Shown one piece after another: positions 44,005 through 54,220 of a stretch of DNA of 55,407 bases. How positions within the stretch are numbered: the first letter of the stretch is position 1; every line of letters begins with the position of its first letter. The notes under the pieces were generated by a model, which saw nothing but the letters and a program-made list of their open reading frames with translations, ran no database searches and was not told where the DNA came from. The position numbers were made by a program, and so were the translations under genes. The stretch covers positions 1 to 55,407 of the forward strand of contig CAMVAN010000001.1 of assembly GCA_947165475.1 (NCBI GenBank), read 5' to 3'. Origin of the DNA: an uncultured Bacillales bacterium (GTDB lineage: Bacteria; Bacillota_I; Bacilli_A; RF39; UBA660).

Positions 44005-46709
44005 TGCAAAAAAAAGAATTAAAAAGAAGGACACAAATTAAATCAAGAAAGAAAAAAATAAAAAAAGACAATTTAAAAATATTATTATTAGTATTAGCAA
44101 TTATAATACTAATAATATGTTTTTCAAGTTTAGGAAAGACTATAACCCTACTCTTAACAGTTTTAGTTGGAATAATTATTGGTATATGGTTCATATTATC
44201 AAAAAAAGGAAAAAAGAGAAAAAAAATAATAAGTATATTATTAATGATATTTTTCCTTTTGGGAATAGCAGGACTAATTGCATTTAGTGGATTTGTAATA
44301 TATATTAAAACACAGGCAGATCCAAAATATGATAAAAAGAAACTAAACACGTTAGAAATATCAAGAATTTATGATATGAATGGAAAAGAAATAGCAAAAT
44401 TAGGTTCAGAAAAAAGAGAAAAAGTTAGTTATAACGAATTACCAGAAGTTTTAGTAGATGCAATAATAGCTACAGAAGATTCAAGATTTTTTCAACATAA
44501 TGGACTTGATGCTCCAAGATTTTTTAAAGCAACGATTGGTCAATTAACACATGGTTCTGGAGCCGGTGGAGCATCTACTTTATCCATGCAAGTTGTAAAA
44601 AACAGTTTTACAGATAAATATGGCAAGTTAACCTCAGGCCTTCCTGGAATAATACGTAAATTTGAAGATATTTACCTTGCTGTTTTCCGCCTAGAAAAAG
44701 ATTATTCAAAAGAACAAATAATTGAATTTTATGTTAATAATCACTTCTTAGGAGGAAACATCTATGGTGTAGAAGAAGCAAGCAATACATACTTTGGAAA
44801 AAGTGTATCAGATTTAAACTTAAGTGAAGCAGCCATCTTAGCAGGAATGTTTAAATCCCCTAACTTCTATAGACCAACAGTTAATCCTATAAATGCAACA
44901 AACAGAAGAAAAACAGTACTATATCTAATGCGAAGAGCTGGATATATAACAAAAGAAGAAGAAAAAGCAGCAAATCAAATACCAGTTGAATCACTTACTC
45001 ATGAAACAGCTGCTATCACAGAAAACCCATTTCAGGGATTCATTGATACAGTAGCTGAAGAACTAGAAGATAAATATGGAATTGACCCATATACTACCCC
45101 TTTGCTTGTATACACTACTCTAGATCCAGATAGACAAAATGCTGTAAACTCTGTTTTAGATGGTGGATACTACTCTTGGATAGATGACAAAGTTCAAAGT
45201 GGTGTTGCAGTACTAGAAAGTGACACTGGAAAAATTTTAGCAATTGGTAATGGAAGAAACATAGGAACAAGAACCAATAGTAATGCAAGACTTCTTAATT
45301 ATGCAACCCAAATAAGAAGACAACCAGGAAGTACAGCCAAACCATTATTTGATTATGGACCAGGAATAGAATACAACAACTGGTCAACATATGAACAATT
45401 CAATGACTCTCCTTACTCATACTCCAATGGCCGTTCTATCAAAAACTGGGATGGTGGATACTATGGACAAATTACATTAAGACGTGCCTTATCTGCATCA
45501 CGTAATATACCAGCATTAAAAGCCTTCCAAGCAGTAGACAATGAAAAAATAAAAGAATTTGTTACAAACTTAGGTATTACCCCAGAAATATGTAATACCG
45601 GGTATAAATATAATAGAGAAGCAAATAATTGTACTAACAAAGAAGATGAAACAGACGTAAAAGAAACAATACCCCTACATGAAGCACATTCGATTGGAGC
45701 CTTTACAGGAGTTTCTCCATTAATCATGGCAGGAGCATATGCAGCTTTCTCAAATGGTGGATATTATAATGAACCATATTCAGTAGAAAAATTTGTATAT
45801 CGACAAACCGGAGAAACAGTAGAACATAAAGCTGATAAAAAGCAAGTAATGTCAGACTCAACTGCTTTTATGATTTCTAGTGTATTACAAGACGTATCAT
45901 TGACAGGAGGAACGCCAGCAAATGTTGCTTGTAAAACTGGAACAACAAACTATGATGAAAATATCATGAATGAATACAATATGCCAGGAGATGCAATTAG
46001 AGATTCTTGGGTAGTTGGTTATTCAACAAAAACAACTATTGGTATGTGGTATGGATATGACAGCTTTACAAAAGAATCAATTAGAGAAGGATATGTACTT
46101 CACAACGTACCAGCAACAATACAAAAAGATAGATTGTTCAATGCATTAGTATCTGCCGGAGCAATGGAAGCAAGTCGTGATGCCTTTGTAATCCCCGAAA
46201 GTGTTACAAAAGTTGCTATTTCGCCAGGGTCAAATCCTCCAAAACTAGCTTATCCAGGAGGCTCAGCAGTTTATGAATACTTTAAAAAAGGAACAGAGCC
46301 TACAGAATATGACATATCAAAATATAAAATTAGTGCTCCAGGAAACTTGAAAGCAACAGAATCTAATGGAAAAGTAACTATTTCATGGTCAAGTGTATCT
46401 CCAGGACCAATAGGAGATTCTTCTCATGGGAAATTTGGTTATAATGTTTATAAAGATAATGTATTAATAACCTGGACAGATAAAACATCATATAGTTACA
46501 CACCAAATGGAAGCCCATATGGAACATATAAAGTAATAGCAACATATAAATCTTATAGTGACATCCAAAGTGATCCCGCAACAGTAGTTTTAGAAGAGAA
46601 AAAGAAAGAGCCAGTAAAAGAAGAGCCAAAAGAAGAACCAAAAGAAAATCCAAAAGAAGAACCGGGTGAAGAAGAACCGATAGTACCTGTAACACCAAGT
46701 ACACCATAA
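44004..46709 (+). CDS. ponA: Class A penicillin-binding protein (PBP1A): GT51 glycosyltransferase + transpeptidase, with an extended multi-TM N-terminus and a FN3-like plus K/E/P-rich C-terminus
   Basis: GT51 motifs are EDSRFFQHNG and RKFEDIYLA. Transpeptidase motifs are STAKP, SRN and KTGTT. A GGAGG RBS lies upstream. Confidence 0.95.
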   Translation: MQKKELKRRTQIKSRKKKIKKDNLKILLLVLAIIILIICFSSLGKTITLLLTVLVGIIIGIWFILSKKGKKRKKIISILLMIFFLLGIAGLIAFSGFVIYIKTQADPKYDKKKLNTLEISRIYDMNGKEIAKLGSEKREKVSYNELPEVLVDAIIATEDSRFFQHNGLDAPRFFKATIGQLTHGSGAGGASTLSMQVVKNSFTDKYGKLTSGLPGIIRKFEDIYLAVFRLEKDYSKEQIIEFYVNNHFLGGNIYGVEEASNTYFGKSVSDLNLSEAAILAGMFKSPNFYRPTVNPINATNRRKTVLYLMRRAGYITKEEEKAANQIPVESLTHETAAITENPFQGFIDTVAEELEDKYGIDPYTTPLLVYTTLDPDRQNAVNSVLDGGYYSWIDDKVQSGVAVLESDTGKILAIGNGRNIGTRTNSNARLLNYATQIRRQPGSTAKPLFDYGPGIEYNNWSTYEQFNDSPYSYSNGRSIKNWDGGYYGQITLRRALSASRNIPALKAFQAVDNEKIKEFVTNLGITPEICNTGYKYNREANNCTNKEDETDVKETIPLHEAHSIGAFTGVSPLIMAGAYAAFSNGGYYNEPYSVEKFVYRQTGETVEHKADKKQVMSDSTAFMISSVLQDVSLTGGTPANVACKTGTTNYDENIMNEYNMPGDAIRDSWVVGYSTKTTIGMWYGYDSFTKESIREGYVLHNVPATIQKDRLFNALVSAGAMEASRDAFVIPESVTKVAISPGSNPPKLAYPGGSAVYEYFKKGTEPTEYDISKYKISAPGNLKATESNGKVTISWSSVSPGPIGDSSHGKFGYNVYKDNVLITWTDKTSYSYTPNGSPYGTYKVIATYKSYSDIQSDPATVVLEEKKKEPVKEEPKEEPKENPKEEPGEEEPIVPVTPSTP

Positions 46710-46710
46710 A

Positions 46711-46738
46711 AAAGAAGACTATACAGTCTTCTTTTTTT
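46711..46738. terminator. Bidirectional intrinsic terminator between convergent ponA and nth
   Basis: aaagaagact-atac-agtcttcttt forms a 10-bp perfect stem, flanked by an A-run on one side and a T-run on the other. It overlaps the last codons of nth. Confidence 0.6.
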
Positions 46739-47345
46739 CGAGGCAATAATCAAACAGTTTACAATCCTGACAAAGAGGTTTAATCGCTTTACAATAATAT
46801 CTACCAAATAAAACAATTTGAAGATGACGCTTTCCCCATACTTCCCTTGCAAACTTTTTCATTGCTTTTTTCTCAATTATATAAACATCATCGTTATTCT
46901 TAGCAATTCCAAGTCTTTTTAGTACCCTAGAAACATGAGTATCCACAGCAAAACATGGTTCATGATAAAATTCACTTAAAAAAACATTGATAGTTTTTCT
47001 TCCAACACCAGGAAATTCTAATAAAGACTCTCTACTTTTTGGCACACTACCATTCCAATCATTTACTAATTTATTAGCTATTTCTTTTACATAAATAGCT
47101 TTCTTATGATAAGAACCTACAGGTCGAAGAATGTTTTCTAATTCAACAAGATCTGCATTTCCAAGCTTTTTTAAAGAAGAATAATTCTTAAATAAAACTT
47201 TAGTAACCTTATTAACTTGTCTATCTGTAGATTGTGCACTTAATACAGTAGCAATCAACAATTCATAATCTTTTGAATAATTTAATTCACATTTCGGATT
47301 TGGAAATAGCTCGTCTAGATAATCTTCAATTTTATTCATCATCAA
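46719..47345 (-). CDS. nth: Endonuclease III
   Basis: The HhH-GPD region is LLEFPGVGRKTINV. The 4Fe-4S cluster loop is CKAIKPLCQDCKLFDYC. Confidence 0.95.
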   Translation of the reverse strand: MMMNKIEDYLDELFPNPKCELNYSKDYELLIATVLSAQSTDRQVNKVTKVLFKNYSSLKKLGNADLVELENILRPVGSYHKKAIYVKEIANKLVNDWNGSVPKSRESLLEFPGVGRKTINVFLSEFYHEPCFAVDTHVSRVLKRLGIAKNNDDVYIIEKKAMKKFAREVWGKRHLQIVLFGRYYCKAIKPLCQDCKLFDYCLEKKKTV

Positions 47346-47997
47346 ACCAATTCCAATCTACAATATCCATATCAATATCATCATCACTATCATTTTTACT
47401 ATTTCTCTTTTTTCTCATATCCTCAACATCACTAACAGTTTTTATACCTGATTTCCCCCATTCATATAATATCTTATCAATATATCGCAAATTAGACACA
47501 CCATTAAATACAGCTTCTTTTACAGCTTCCTTAATCAAATCTTCACTCATATTATTAGATAACCATGCCTTAATAATTTCAATCTCAATAGGCCCTAAAG
47601 TTCTACCAAACTCACTTTCAATCATTTCAAATACTGTAGAATTAAGTTCCGTGTTGTCAGAAACATCCTCCATCATAAGAAGAGAAACTTTTTGATAAAA
47701 ACCATCGAGAAGAACAACTTCTTCTGTATAACCTTTTTCATTTTTTAAAACATCTAAGGAAATGAAGCCTTTATTAGTTAAAGTATCAACATATCCCATA
47801 ATTTTAGATAAATCTAAGTTTAAATCATTAGAAAACTTGGAAGGATCAAATAAAAAATTATTTCCCATCCCATTTAAATACATTAAAAATAAGAATTCAT
47901 CAACAGTAATTTTTAAATTATTAAAATGTTTTAATAAATAAATAGGTATAATAATATTACCATCTTTAAAAAAAGAAACTAAATTAGAATTATTCAT
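47332..47997 (-). CDS. dnaD: DnaD-domain replication initiation / membrane attachment protein
   Basis: The C-terminal DnaD/DnaB-2 domain is FGRTLGPIEIEIIKAWLS..LIKEAVKEAVFNGVSNLRYIDKILYEWGKSGIKTV. The gene is adjacent to nth as in Bacillus. Start moved to 47997 (GAGGTGA RBS). Confidence 0.8.
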   Translation of the reverse strand: MNNSNLVSFFKDGNIIIPIYLLKHFNNLKITVDEFLFLMYLNGMGNNFLFDPSKFSNDLNLDLSKIMGYVDTLTNKGFISLDVLKNEKGYTEEVVLLDGFYQKVSLLMMEDVSDNTELNSTVFEMIESEFGRTLGPIEIEIIKAWLSNNMSEDLIKEAVKEAVFNGVSNLRYIDKILYEWGKSGIKTVSDVEDMRKKRNSKNDSDDDIDMDIVDWNWFDDE

Positions 47998-48103
47998 ATA
48001 ATGGTCACCTCTTTTCAAAATACACTAGCTTTAATAATTTGTCAAATAAGAAAAAAATCAAAAGAAGAAAAAATCCATAAATAAATTACAGATTTTTTAT
48101 AAT

Positions 48104-49387
48104 TTAATGAAAAAACTTAGATAAATCAGAATCATCAGTTTCATTATTATTATTATTATTATTTTCATTATTAACATTAGAAGATTCATTATTATTTCCA
48201 ATATTTGCTATTTCTCCAACTGATACATTAAACAAATCAGAAGTATTCTCATTTCCTTGCAAAGAAGTCGAATTAGTTATATTCTTATCATCATAACTTA
48301 AATCTAAAACATCACTTTGACTCTCTAGAAAAGGTTGTGCAACACTTGCAGGACTATCAACACCTGATAATTGATTAGTATCATTATTTTTATCTTTATT
48401 TTTCTTCTTAAAAAGCGAAAATTTCTTCTTTTCTTTAGGAACTTCAGCAGTAAAAGCATTATTAGACTCTAAACCTACTGCCTTAATAGATGGCTCAATA
48501 ATAAATAATTCATATTTTTTACTAAAATATTTAAATATATTAATAAGAATAGAAATTATAAATAAAATAACAATAATATACAACAAAATAGGAATACCAA
48601 AATAATATAAAATACATGCTATAATAGATAAAATAAGATAAATTGTTGAAACAATTTTTCCAAATGACATTTTCATAGAAATAAAAAAGTCAACTACTGG
48701 AATAAAAGCTAATATAGTTCTTTTAGCATACATTCTTTCATGCAACATGTTAAGAGCAATTCCAGTTATATAAAGGAAAAATAAAGCTCCTAGTATTTTT
48801 ACAATCAATGGGAATAATCCAAAATCCCCCAAACCAGAAAAGAATTCAAATAAAGAAAAATGAAAGCGATCTTTTTTTGATGTTGTACCATTTATAATTT
48901 GATCAATTGTAAGATCTTTATAATTATCATATCCACCCACATGACAATACTTATTCTCATCATAAACAGAAATATATCTCACATCACTAGGATAATATCC
49001 ATCAACAAAATATTTTGAAACAACACTAATGGAAAAAGGAGCCGTTTGATTGCCAGACAATTTAAAACCAGAATAATTACTTGAATAATCTTTATCAGAG
49101 CAATAAGTAACAAACCCAATATTTTTTTGTTCCTCATTAAACAATAAAATATTAATACTAACGGCAGTTTTAGAAACAGTATTATTAGTAATAGAAGAAA
49201 AACTAATTAATCCATCTTTACTCCCATCAACATAGGTATAATAAAAATCATCATACAAAAATTTATCCGTTTTAACTGTAGCATGAGTATTAATAGGAAT
49301 AAGAGTTTGAACCTCATAATCCTCTGCAAAAACAGAAAAAGGAAACACAATTAAACAAAATAAAATAATAAATAATATTTTTTTCAT
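48104..49387 (-). CDS. Hypothetical membrane protein (427 aa): signal peptide, ~190-aa extracytoplasmic domain, about 4 TM and an N-rich tail
   Basis: Track ORF. The signal peptide is MKKILFIILFCLIVFPFSVFA-EDY. There is a poly-N tract near the C-terminus. Confidence 0.7.
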   Translation of the reverse strand: MKKILFIILFCLIVFPFSVFAEDYEVQTLIPINTHATVKTDKFLYDDFYYTYVDGSKDGLISFSSITNNTVSKTAVSINILLFNEEQKNIGFVTYCSDKDYSSNYSGFKLSGNQTAPFSISVVSKYFVDGYYPSDVRYISVYDENKYCHVGGYDNYKDLTIDQIINGTTSKKDRFHFSLFEFFSGLGDFGLFPLIVKILGALFFLYITGIALNMLHERMYAKRTILAFIPVVDFFISMKMSFGKIVSTIYLILSIIACILYYFGIPILLYIIVILFIISILINIFKYFSKKYELFIIEPSIKAVGLESNNAFTAEVPKEKKKFSLFKKKNKDKNNDTNQLSGVDSPASVAQPFLESQSDVLDLSYDDKNITNSTSLQGNENTSDLFNVSVGEIANIGNNNESSNVNNENNNNNNNETDDSDLSKFFH

Positions 49388-49392
49388 TACTT

Positions 49393-50505
49393 TTACTCTC
49401 CTTCCATATTGAAATTTAACAAAATATAATTTTTAATAACATCTTCACTATTATCGAGTCTTTTATACAAGATTTCTTTTTCTAAAGAATCATAAATATT
49501 TTTCAAATATTTTCCAGGCTCTCTATGTAATAAATTCATAATAGTTAATGAATCAATAGAAATATCATCTCTTGTTTTAATAACTAAAGAATTATAAGAC
49601 TCCGTAATAGTTTTAACATCTATACCTTTAATTTCTCCAGCAACACTATTTACATATAAACCATATTTATATAACACATAAGGATCAAGATTGTTTTGTT
49701 CTAAAGCTTTATTAATATTATCTATTAATTCTAATTCATTTTTATTAAAAGGATACTTTAAAGAAACATCTATTATAGCCCAAATACCCATTAAACTTAT
49801 CGAAGAAGGAGAATCTAATACCCTATCTAAATTAGAGATTTCAAGACAAGTATCTAATCCTAAATCAAGTATCATCTTAATTCCTTTTCTATAATTAGGA
49901 CTAGTAAATATTTTTTCTAATTCCTCTTTTTTTCTATCGTAAGATAATTTATATAATAATTTTTTATTTTTTTTAATAGCAGAAATAATTTCCTTATCCA
50001 ATGAAAAATCTAGAATAGTAGCAAACCGAATTGCCCTTAAAATCCTAAGACTATCTTGAGAAAGCTTTTCTTCCGCATTACCAACTGTACGAATAACTCT
50101 TCTTTCTAGATCAGATTGTCCTCCCAAGTAATCAATTATTTCTTTATTTTCATTCATACATAATGTATTAATAACAAAATCTCTACGAAGCAGATCTTTA
50201 TATAAATCATCAATATATAGAACTTTCATTGGATGCCTATTATCAGAATAATCAATATCACATCGAAATGTAGTTAATTCAAATTGAAAACCTTTTTTAA
50301 CTACGATAACAGAGCCATAATCTTCATTGGGTAAACAATCATTAGAAAACAATTCCTTAATTTCTTTTGGGGTAGCATCTGTAGTAATATCAATATCATT
50401 TGACTCAATTCCTAATAAATAATCACGTACAAAGCCACCTACAATATATGCTTGAAAACCATTATCTTGCAATTCTTTAATTAAAGAAAATGCTATTTCT
50501 AACAT
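49393..50505 (-). CDS. cca: CCA-adding tRNA nucleotidyltransferase
   Basis: The PolyA-polymerase head domain is YIVGGFVRDYLLGIESNDIDITT, followed by RDFVINTL and RILRAIRFA. Confidence 0.9.
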   Translation of the reverse strand: MLEIAFSLIKELQDNGFQAYIVGGFVRDYLLGIESNDIDITTDATPKEIKELFSNDCLPNEDYGSVIVVKKGFQFELTTFRCDIDYSDNRHPMKVLYIDDLYKDLLRRDFVINTLCMNENKEIIDYLGGQSDLERRVIRTVGNAEEKLSQDSLRILRAIRFATILDFSLDKEIISAIKKNKKLLYKLSYDRKKEELEKIFTSPNYRKGIKMILDLGLDTCLEISNLDRVLDSPSSISLMGIWAIIDVSLKYPFNKNELELIDNINKALEQNNLDPYVLYKYGLYVNSVAGEIKGIDVKTITESYNSLVIKTRDDISIDSLTIMNLLHREPGKYLKNIYDSLEKEILYKRLDNSEDVIKNYILLNFNMEGE

Positions 50506-50546
50506 TTCATCACAACCTTATACATTATACAAATCCATTATAACAT

Positions 50547-50572
50547 AAAAAAAAGAATCTATATAGACTCTT
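50547..50572 (-). terminator. Intrinsic terminator after hup
   Basis: On the minus strand: agagtct-atat-agattct (7-bp stem including one G-U pair) followed by T8. Confidence 0.55.
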
Positions 50573-50588
50573 TTGAAACTTATGTAAA

Positions 50589-50861
50589 TTAGTTTACAGT
50601 TTCTTTTAATGCAGAACCAGCTTTAAATCCAATAGTATTTCTTGCAGGAATTTTAACAGTTTCACCAGTTCTAGGATTACGTCCTTCACGAGCAGCTCTC
50701 TTAGAAACATTAAATGTTCCGAATCCAGCAATTGCAGCTTTTCCTTCTTTCTTTAAAGCTTCTTTAATAGTTTCAAAAACTGCATCAAAGGCTTTTGCAG
50801 AATCAGCTTTTGTTAACCCTGTCTTTTCAGCTACGCTTTCGATAAAATCAACTTTTTTCAT
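50589..50861 (-). CDS. hup: DNA-binding protein HU
   Basis: GFGTFNVSKRAAREGRNPRTGETVKIPARNTIGFKAG is the canonical HU arm; 90 aa. Confidence 0.95.
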   Translation of the reverse strand: MKKVDFIESVAEKTGLTKADSAKAFDAVFETIKEALKKEGKAAIAGFGTFNVSKRAAREGRNPRTGETVKIPARNTIGFKAGSALKETVN

Positions 50862-50940
50862 TAAATATTACCTCCCTATATTTAAGCACACATGATGCTT
50901 ACAAATTAAAATTACCATGTTTTTATAGAAAAAGCAACAA

Positions 50941-51285
50941 TTATACACGAAATTTACTAAGTTTTTTCGAAATATCTGTTAATAACACAATTATATGTCC
51001 AATTGCAAAAATAAATATAGATAGCAATAATCCAATTGCCCATATAGCAATCATCAAAGAAAAATTAAATTCAGTAACAGAACATGCTTCATAGTAATAA
51101 AAAGATGAAGGCTGACAAGTAGCAAAAAGATTTCCTAATATAATTCCCAAAAAAAAGCAAATAATAAAAACCCCAATAGCAAAAATCTGATAAAAATTTA
51201 ATTTGTACTTAGATATTTTTTTAGGAAAAGAATGTAATTTAGGAAAGTCCTCTTTCTCTTTTTGAATCTCTTCAAATAAATCCAT
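50941..51285 (-). CDS. Hypothetical membrane protein (114 aa, 2 TM)
   Basis: Track ORF. Its start overlaps the stop of the upstream gene by 1 nt. Confidence 0.6.
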   Translation of the reverse strand: MDLFEEIQKEKEDFPKLHSFPKKISKYKLNFYQIFAIGVFIICFFLGIILGNLFATCQPSSFYYYEACSVTEFNFSLMIAIWAIGLLLSIFIFAIGHIIVLLTDISKKLSKFRV

Positions 51286-52190
51286 TATTCATCCTCCTTC
51301 TTATTATTTTTACTTGATTTTTTTGGTGGCTTTTTTTCTTTTAAATTATCTTTATTATCAACCATCCCAACAACTTTATCAGTTATATTAGAAGATACAT
51401 CTAAAATTTTTTCTTTTACATTATCAATTTTTTTATCAATCTCATTAGTAGATACAAAATTATCTATTTTATCATGAATATCTTTTACTCCATTTACGAT
51501 TTTATCATCAATATCAGTTTTATCTAAAACTTCCTGAAGTTTTTCTCTTACTTCATCAAAGTTCCCATCATTATTACTATCTAATTTTTTCTTATCTAAA
51601 TACTCTCTATATAAAAATATAAATCTGCCTAACAAAATATAGTATAAAGAATCTAAGATAGAAACAACTACTCCATTAATAACAACAGTACTAATCAAAT
51701 TAACTAATAATAAAAAGACAGTTAATATAACAATAGCAGAAAAATACCAATCATTAGTTAATTCATTAAAAGGGGATTTAGAAAAAGAATATTCCCTCCA
51801 AATTCTAGAATCTCTAAATAATGTATGACTCATATAAATCAAAAAAACAAAATTTAAAATAAATGATAATACTGTATACAAAGAAAATGACTGAACAATT
51901 GTAAATAAAGATGTTATAGTTGTTATTAAATAAATAAATACTAAAATAACGTTCATATAATTAAATATTTTTTTTCCAATAGAAAACTTTAACAATATAA
52001 AATACAATAAAACTAAAATATAGATACTATTATGATTAATAACACTACTAAACAACGCAAACGATAATTCTCCATTAGCTAAAGATTGACTAGCAATTAT
52101 AAAAATAGATATAATAACAATAATCAAATTAGTAACAAAATGAGCATTATCATACCACTTCAAAGCACTATTTTTATTTCTTTTTTTCAA
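51285..52190 (-). CDS. Hypothetical polytopic membrane protein (301 aa) with a D/K-rich helical C-terminal tail
   Basis: Track ORF with about 5 hydrophobic segments. The tail has repeated DKI/DNV helical heptad-like motifs. Confidence 0.65.
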   Translation of the reverse strand: MKKRNKNSALKWYDNAHFVTNLIIVIISIFIIASQSLANGELSFALFSSVINHNSIYILVLLYFILLKFSIGKKIFNYMNVILVFIYLITTITSLFTIVQSFSLYTVLSFILNFVFLIYMSHTLFRDSRIWREYSFSKSPFNELTNDWYFSAIVILTVFLLLVNLISTVVINGVVVSILDSLYYILLGRFIFLYREYLDKKKLDSNNDGNFDEVREKLQEVLDKTDIDDKIVNGVKDIHDKIDNFVSTNEIDKKIDNVKEKILDVSSNITDKVVGMVDNKDNLKEKKPPKKSSKNNKKEDE

Positions 52191-52322
52191 AATATCACCC
52201 TCTCTAATATATTATAACACTATTTAACAATAGGAAACATCACGAAAATAAAAAATCTTTAAAAGTTTACAAGATTATGCTATAATAAAGCTGAAAAGTT
52301 GTGTATAAATGGAGGTGAAACA

Positions 52323-53633
52323 ATGAAACTACCGATAGTAGCATTAGTAGGAAGACCAAATGTAGGAAAAAGTACTTTATTTAATAAAATAGTCGGAAAA
52401 CAAGTATCAATTATAGAAGATTCTCCTGGAATAACAAGAGATAGAATATATCAAGAAGCAAATTATAATAATAAAAGGTTTTATTTAATTGATACAGGTG
52501 GAATAGACATCTCCAAAACAGATTTTAATAATGAAATTAAATATCAAGCAGAATTAGCTATTGAAGAAGCTGATATAATTGTCTTTATAGTAGATGGAAA
52601 AGAAGGTTTAACACAAAATGACTATATAGCAAGAGATATCATAAGAAAATCAAATAAAGACGTCATAGTAGCAATAAATAAAATGGATATTAAAGAAGCA
52701 AAAAACAATATATATGACTTTTATGAACTAGGATTTGAAAAATATATCCCAATAAGTAGTATTCATAATATAGGTTATGTAGAACTAATGGATACCATTA
52801 CAATGAATTTCAAAGAAGTAGAAAACCAAACAGATAACAGAGTAAAATTTTCAATTATAGGACGCCCTAATGTTGGAAAAAGCTCTTTGATGAATGCGCT
52901 TTTAAATGAAGAGAGAGTCGTTGTCTCAAACATTGCTGGAACAACAAGAGATTCAATAGATTCAATAATAAAATATCATAATGAAGAATATGTAATAATT
53001 GATACAGCAGGAATGAGAAAAAAAGGAAAAATATGGGAATCAGTTGAAAAATACAGTTTATTAAGATCACTAAAATCAATTGATAGAAGTGACATTTGTC
53101 TAGTAGTAATAAATGCCGAAGAAGGAATAAAAGAACACGATAAACATATTGCAGGATATGCCATTGAAAAAGGTAAAGGATTAATATTTGTTGTTAACAA
53201 ATGGGATACCGTAAAAGATAATACAATTCAAGAATTCGAAAAACTAATGCGAGCTGAATTTCAATTTGTTCCATATGCACCAATTGTATTTTTATCTGCT
53301 CTAACAAAAAAGAGAATTCATACATTAATGCCAGAAATAGTAAAAGTAAAAGATAATATTAAGAAAGAAATAAAAACAAGTATATTAAATGATATCATAC
53401 AAGATGCCTATCAATTAAACCTACCACCATCATATAAAGGAAAAAGATTAAAAATATACTTTGCATCTCAAACAGGAATAAAACCTCCAAAATTTACGTT
53501 TAGAGTAAACAACAAAGGACTAGTACATTTCTCATATGAAAGATACATAGAAAATAAAATAAGAGAAAATTTTGACTTTACAGGTACTCCAATAGAACTT
53601 CAATTTAAAAATAGAAATGAGGAAGAATTATGA
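52323..53633 (+). CDS. der: Ribosome-associated GTPase Der/EngA (two GTPase domains + KH-like)
   Basis: GRPNVGKST..DTGG..NKMD and GRPNVGKSS..DTAG..NKWD. A GGAGGTGA RBS lies upstream and the start is moved to 52323. Confidence 0.95.
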   Translation: MKLPIVALVGRPNVGKSTLFNKIVGKQVSIIEDSPGITRDRIYQEANYNNKRFYLIDTGGIDISKTDFNNEIKYQAELAIEEADIIVFIVDGKEGLTQNDYIARDIIRKSNKDVIVAINKMDIKEAKNNIYDFYELGFEKYIPISSIHNIGYVELMDTITMNFKEVENQTDNRVKFSIIGRPNVGKSSLMNALLNEERVVVSNIAGTTRDSIDSIIKYHNEEYVIIDTAGMRKKGKIWESVEKYSLLRSLKSIDRSDICLVVINAEEGIKEHDKHIAGYAIEKGKGLIFVVNKWDTVKDNTIQEFEKLMRAEFQFVPYAPIVFLSALTKKRIHTLMPEIVKVKDNIKKEIKTSILNDIIQDAYQLNLPPSYKGKRLKIYFASQTGIKPPKFTFRVNNKGLVHFSYERYIENKIRENFDFTGTPIELQFKNRNEEEL

Positions 53634-53872
53634 TAATAGGTAACAATTCCAACAATAGCTTTAAGCATAACCCAATTAATTATAATACCAATAACACACA
53701 AAAAGAATTTAACTCAACACCAAATCAAAACCATTATAATAATCCTCTAAACAAAAATGAAATGGCAGACAAAACATACCAAATGCTAGAAGAAAGATTA
53801 AAAAATGGTCTTATATCATTAGAAGAGTTTCACAAACAATGCAATAAACTATCAAAGTTCAGAAAAGAATGA
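53630..53872 (+). CDS. Small N/Q-rich protein with a SHOCT-like C-terminal helix pair (80 aa)
   Basis: It has an ATGA overlap with the der stop. The C-terminus YQMLEERLKNGLISLEEFHKQCNKL resembles the SHOCT motif. Confidence 0.5.
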   Translation: MIIGNNSNNSFKHNPINYNTNNTQKEFNSTPNQNHYNNPLNKNEMADKTYQMLEERLKNGLISLEEFHKQCNKLSKFRKE

Positions 53873-53913
53873 AATAATCCTCCTAATATACATATATTAT
53901 ATTAGGAGGAATT

Positions 53914-54153
53914 ATGTTTAAAGAATCATTATTTAATAGAATTGAAAAAAAAACTAACATAAAAAAAGAAACAATTCTATCCTTAGCAGATAAATTAAAA
54001 CAAAATAACTTAAAAGATGAAAAATCAATACGAGAAATTATTCAAGAAATAAGTCATTTAACTGGAAAAGAAGTATCAAAAGAAAAAGAAAATAAAATTA
54101 TAGAAGCAATACAAAATAATGAAGTTCCCAATAATATAGACAAAATGTTTTAA
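53914..54153 (+). CDS. SpoVIF (YjcC)-family small sporulation protein-like (79 aa)
   Basis: FNRIEKKTNIKKETILSLADKLKQNNLKDEKSIREIIQEISHLTGKEVSKEKENKIIEAI parallels the B. subtilis SpoVIF pattern (F.NIEKKTGV...L...NFKDE.TVR.VI..V...). An AGGAGG RBS lies upstream. Confidence 0.55.
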   Translation: MFKESLFNRIEKKTNIKKETILSLADKLKQNNLKDEKSIREIIQEISHLTGKEVSKEKENKIIEAIQNNEVPNNIDKMF

Positions 54154-54183
54154 AAAAAGAAGAACAATGTTCTTTTTTTTTAT
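54154..54183 (+). terminator. Intrinsic terminator after the SpoVIF-like gene
   Basis: aaaaagaagaac-aat-gttcttttttt forms a hairpin that runs into a T-run. Confidence 0.55.
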
Positions 54184-54220
54184 TCATTATCATAAAAATA
54201 TAATAAATAAGGAGAGATTT

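Noticed and set aside
53625-53640. Mollicutes-type genetic code (TGA = Trp), given the AT-richness and the mycoplasma-like themes.
   Set aside because: TGA clearly terminates der (..EEL-TGA, overlapping the next ATG). All long ORFs are intact under the standard code.
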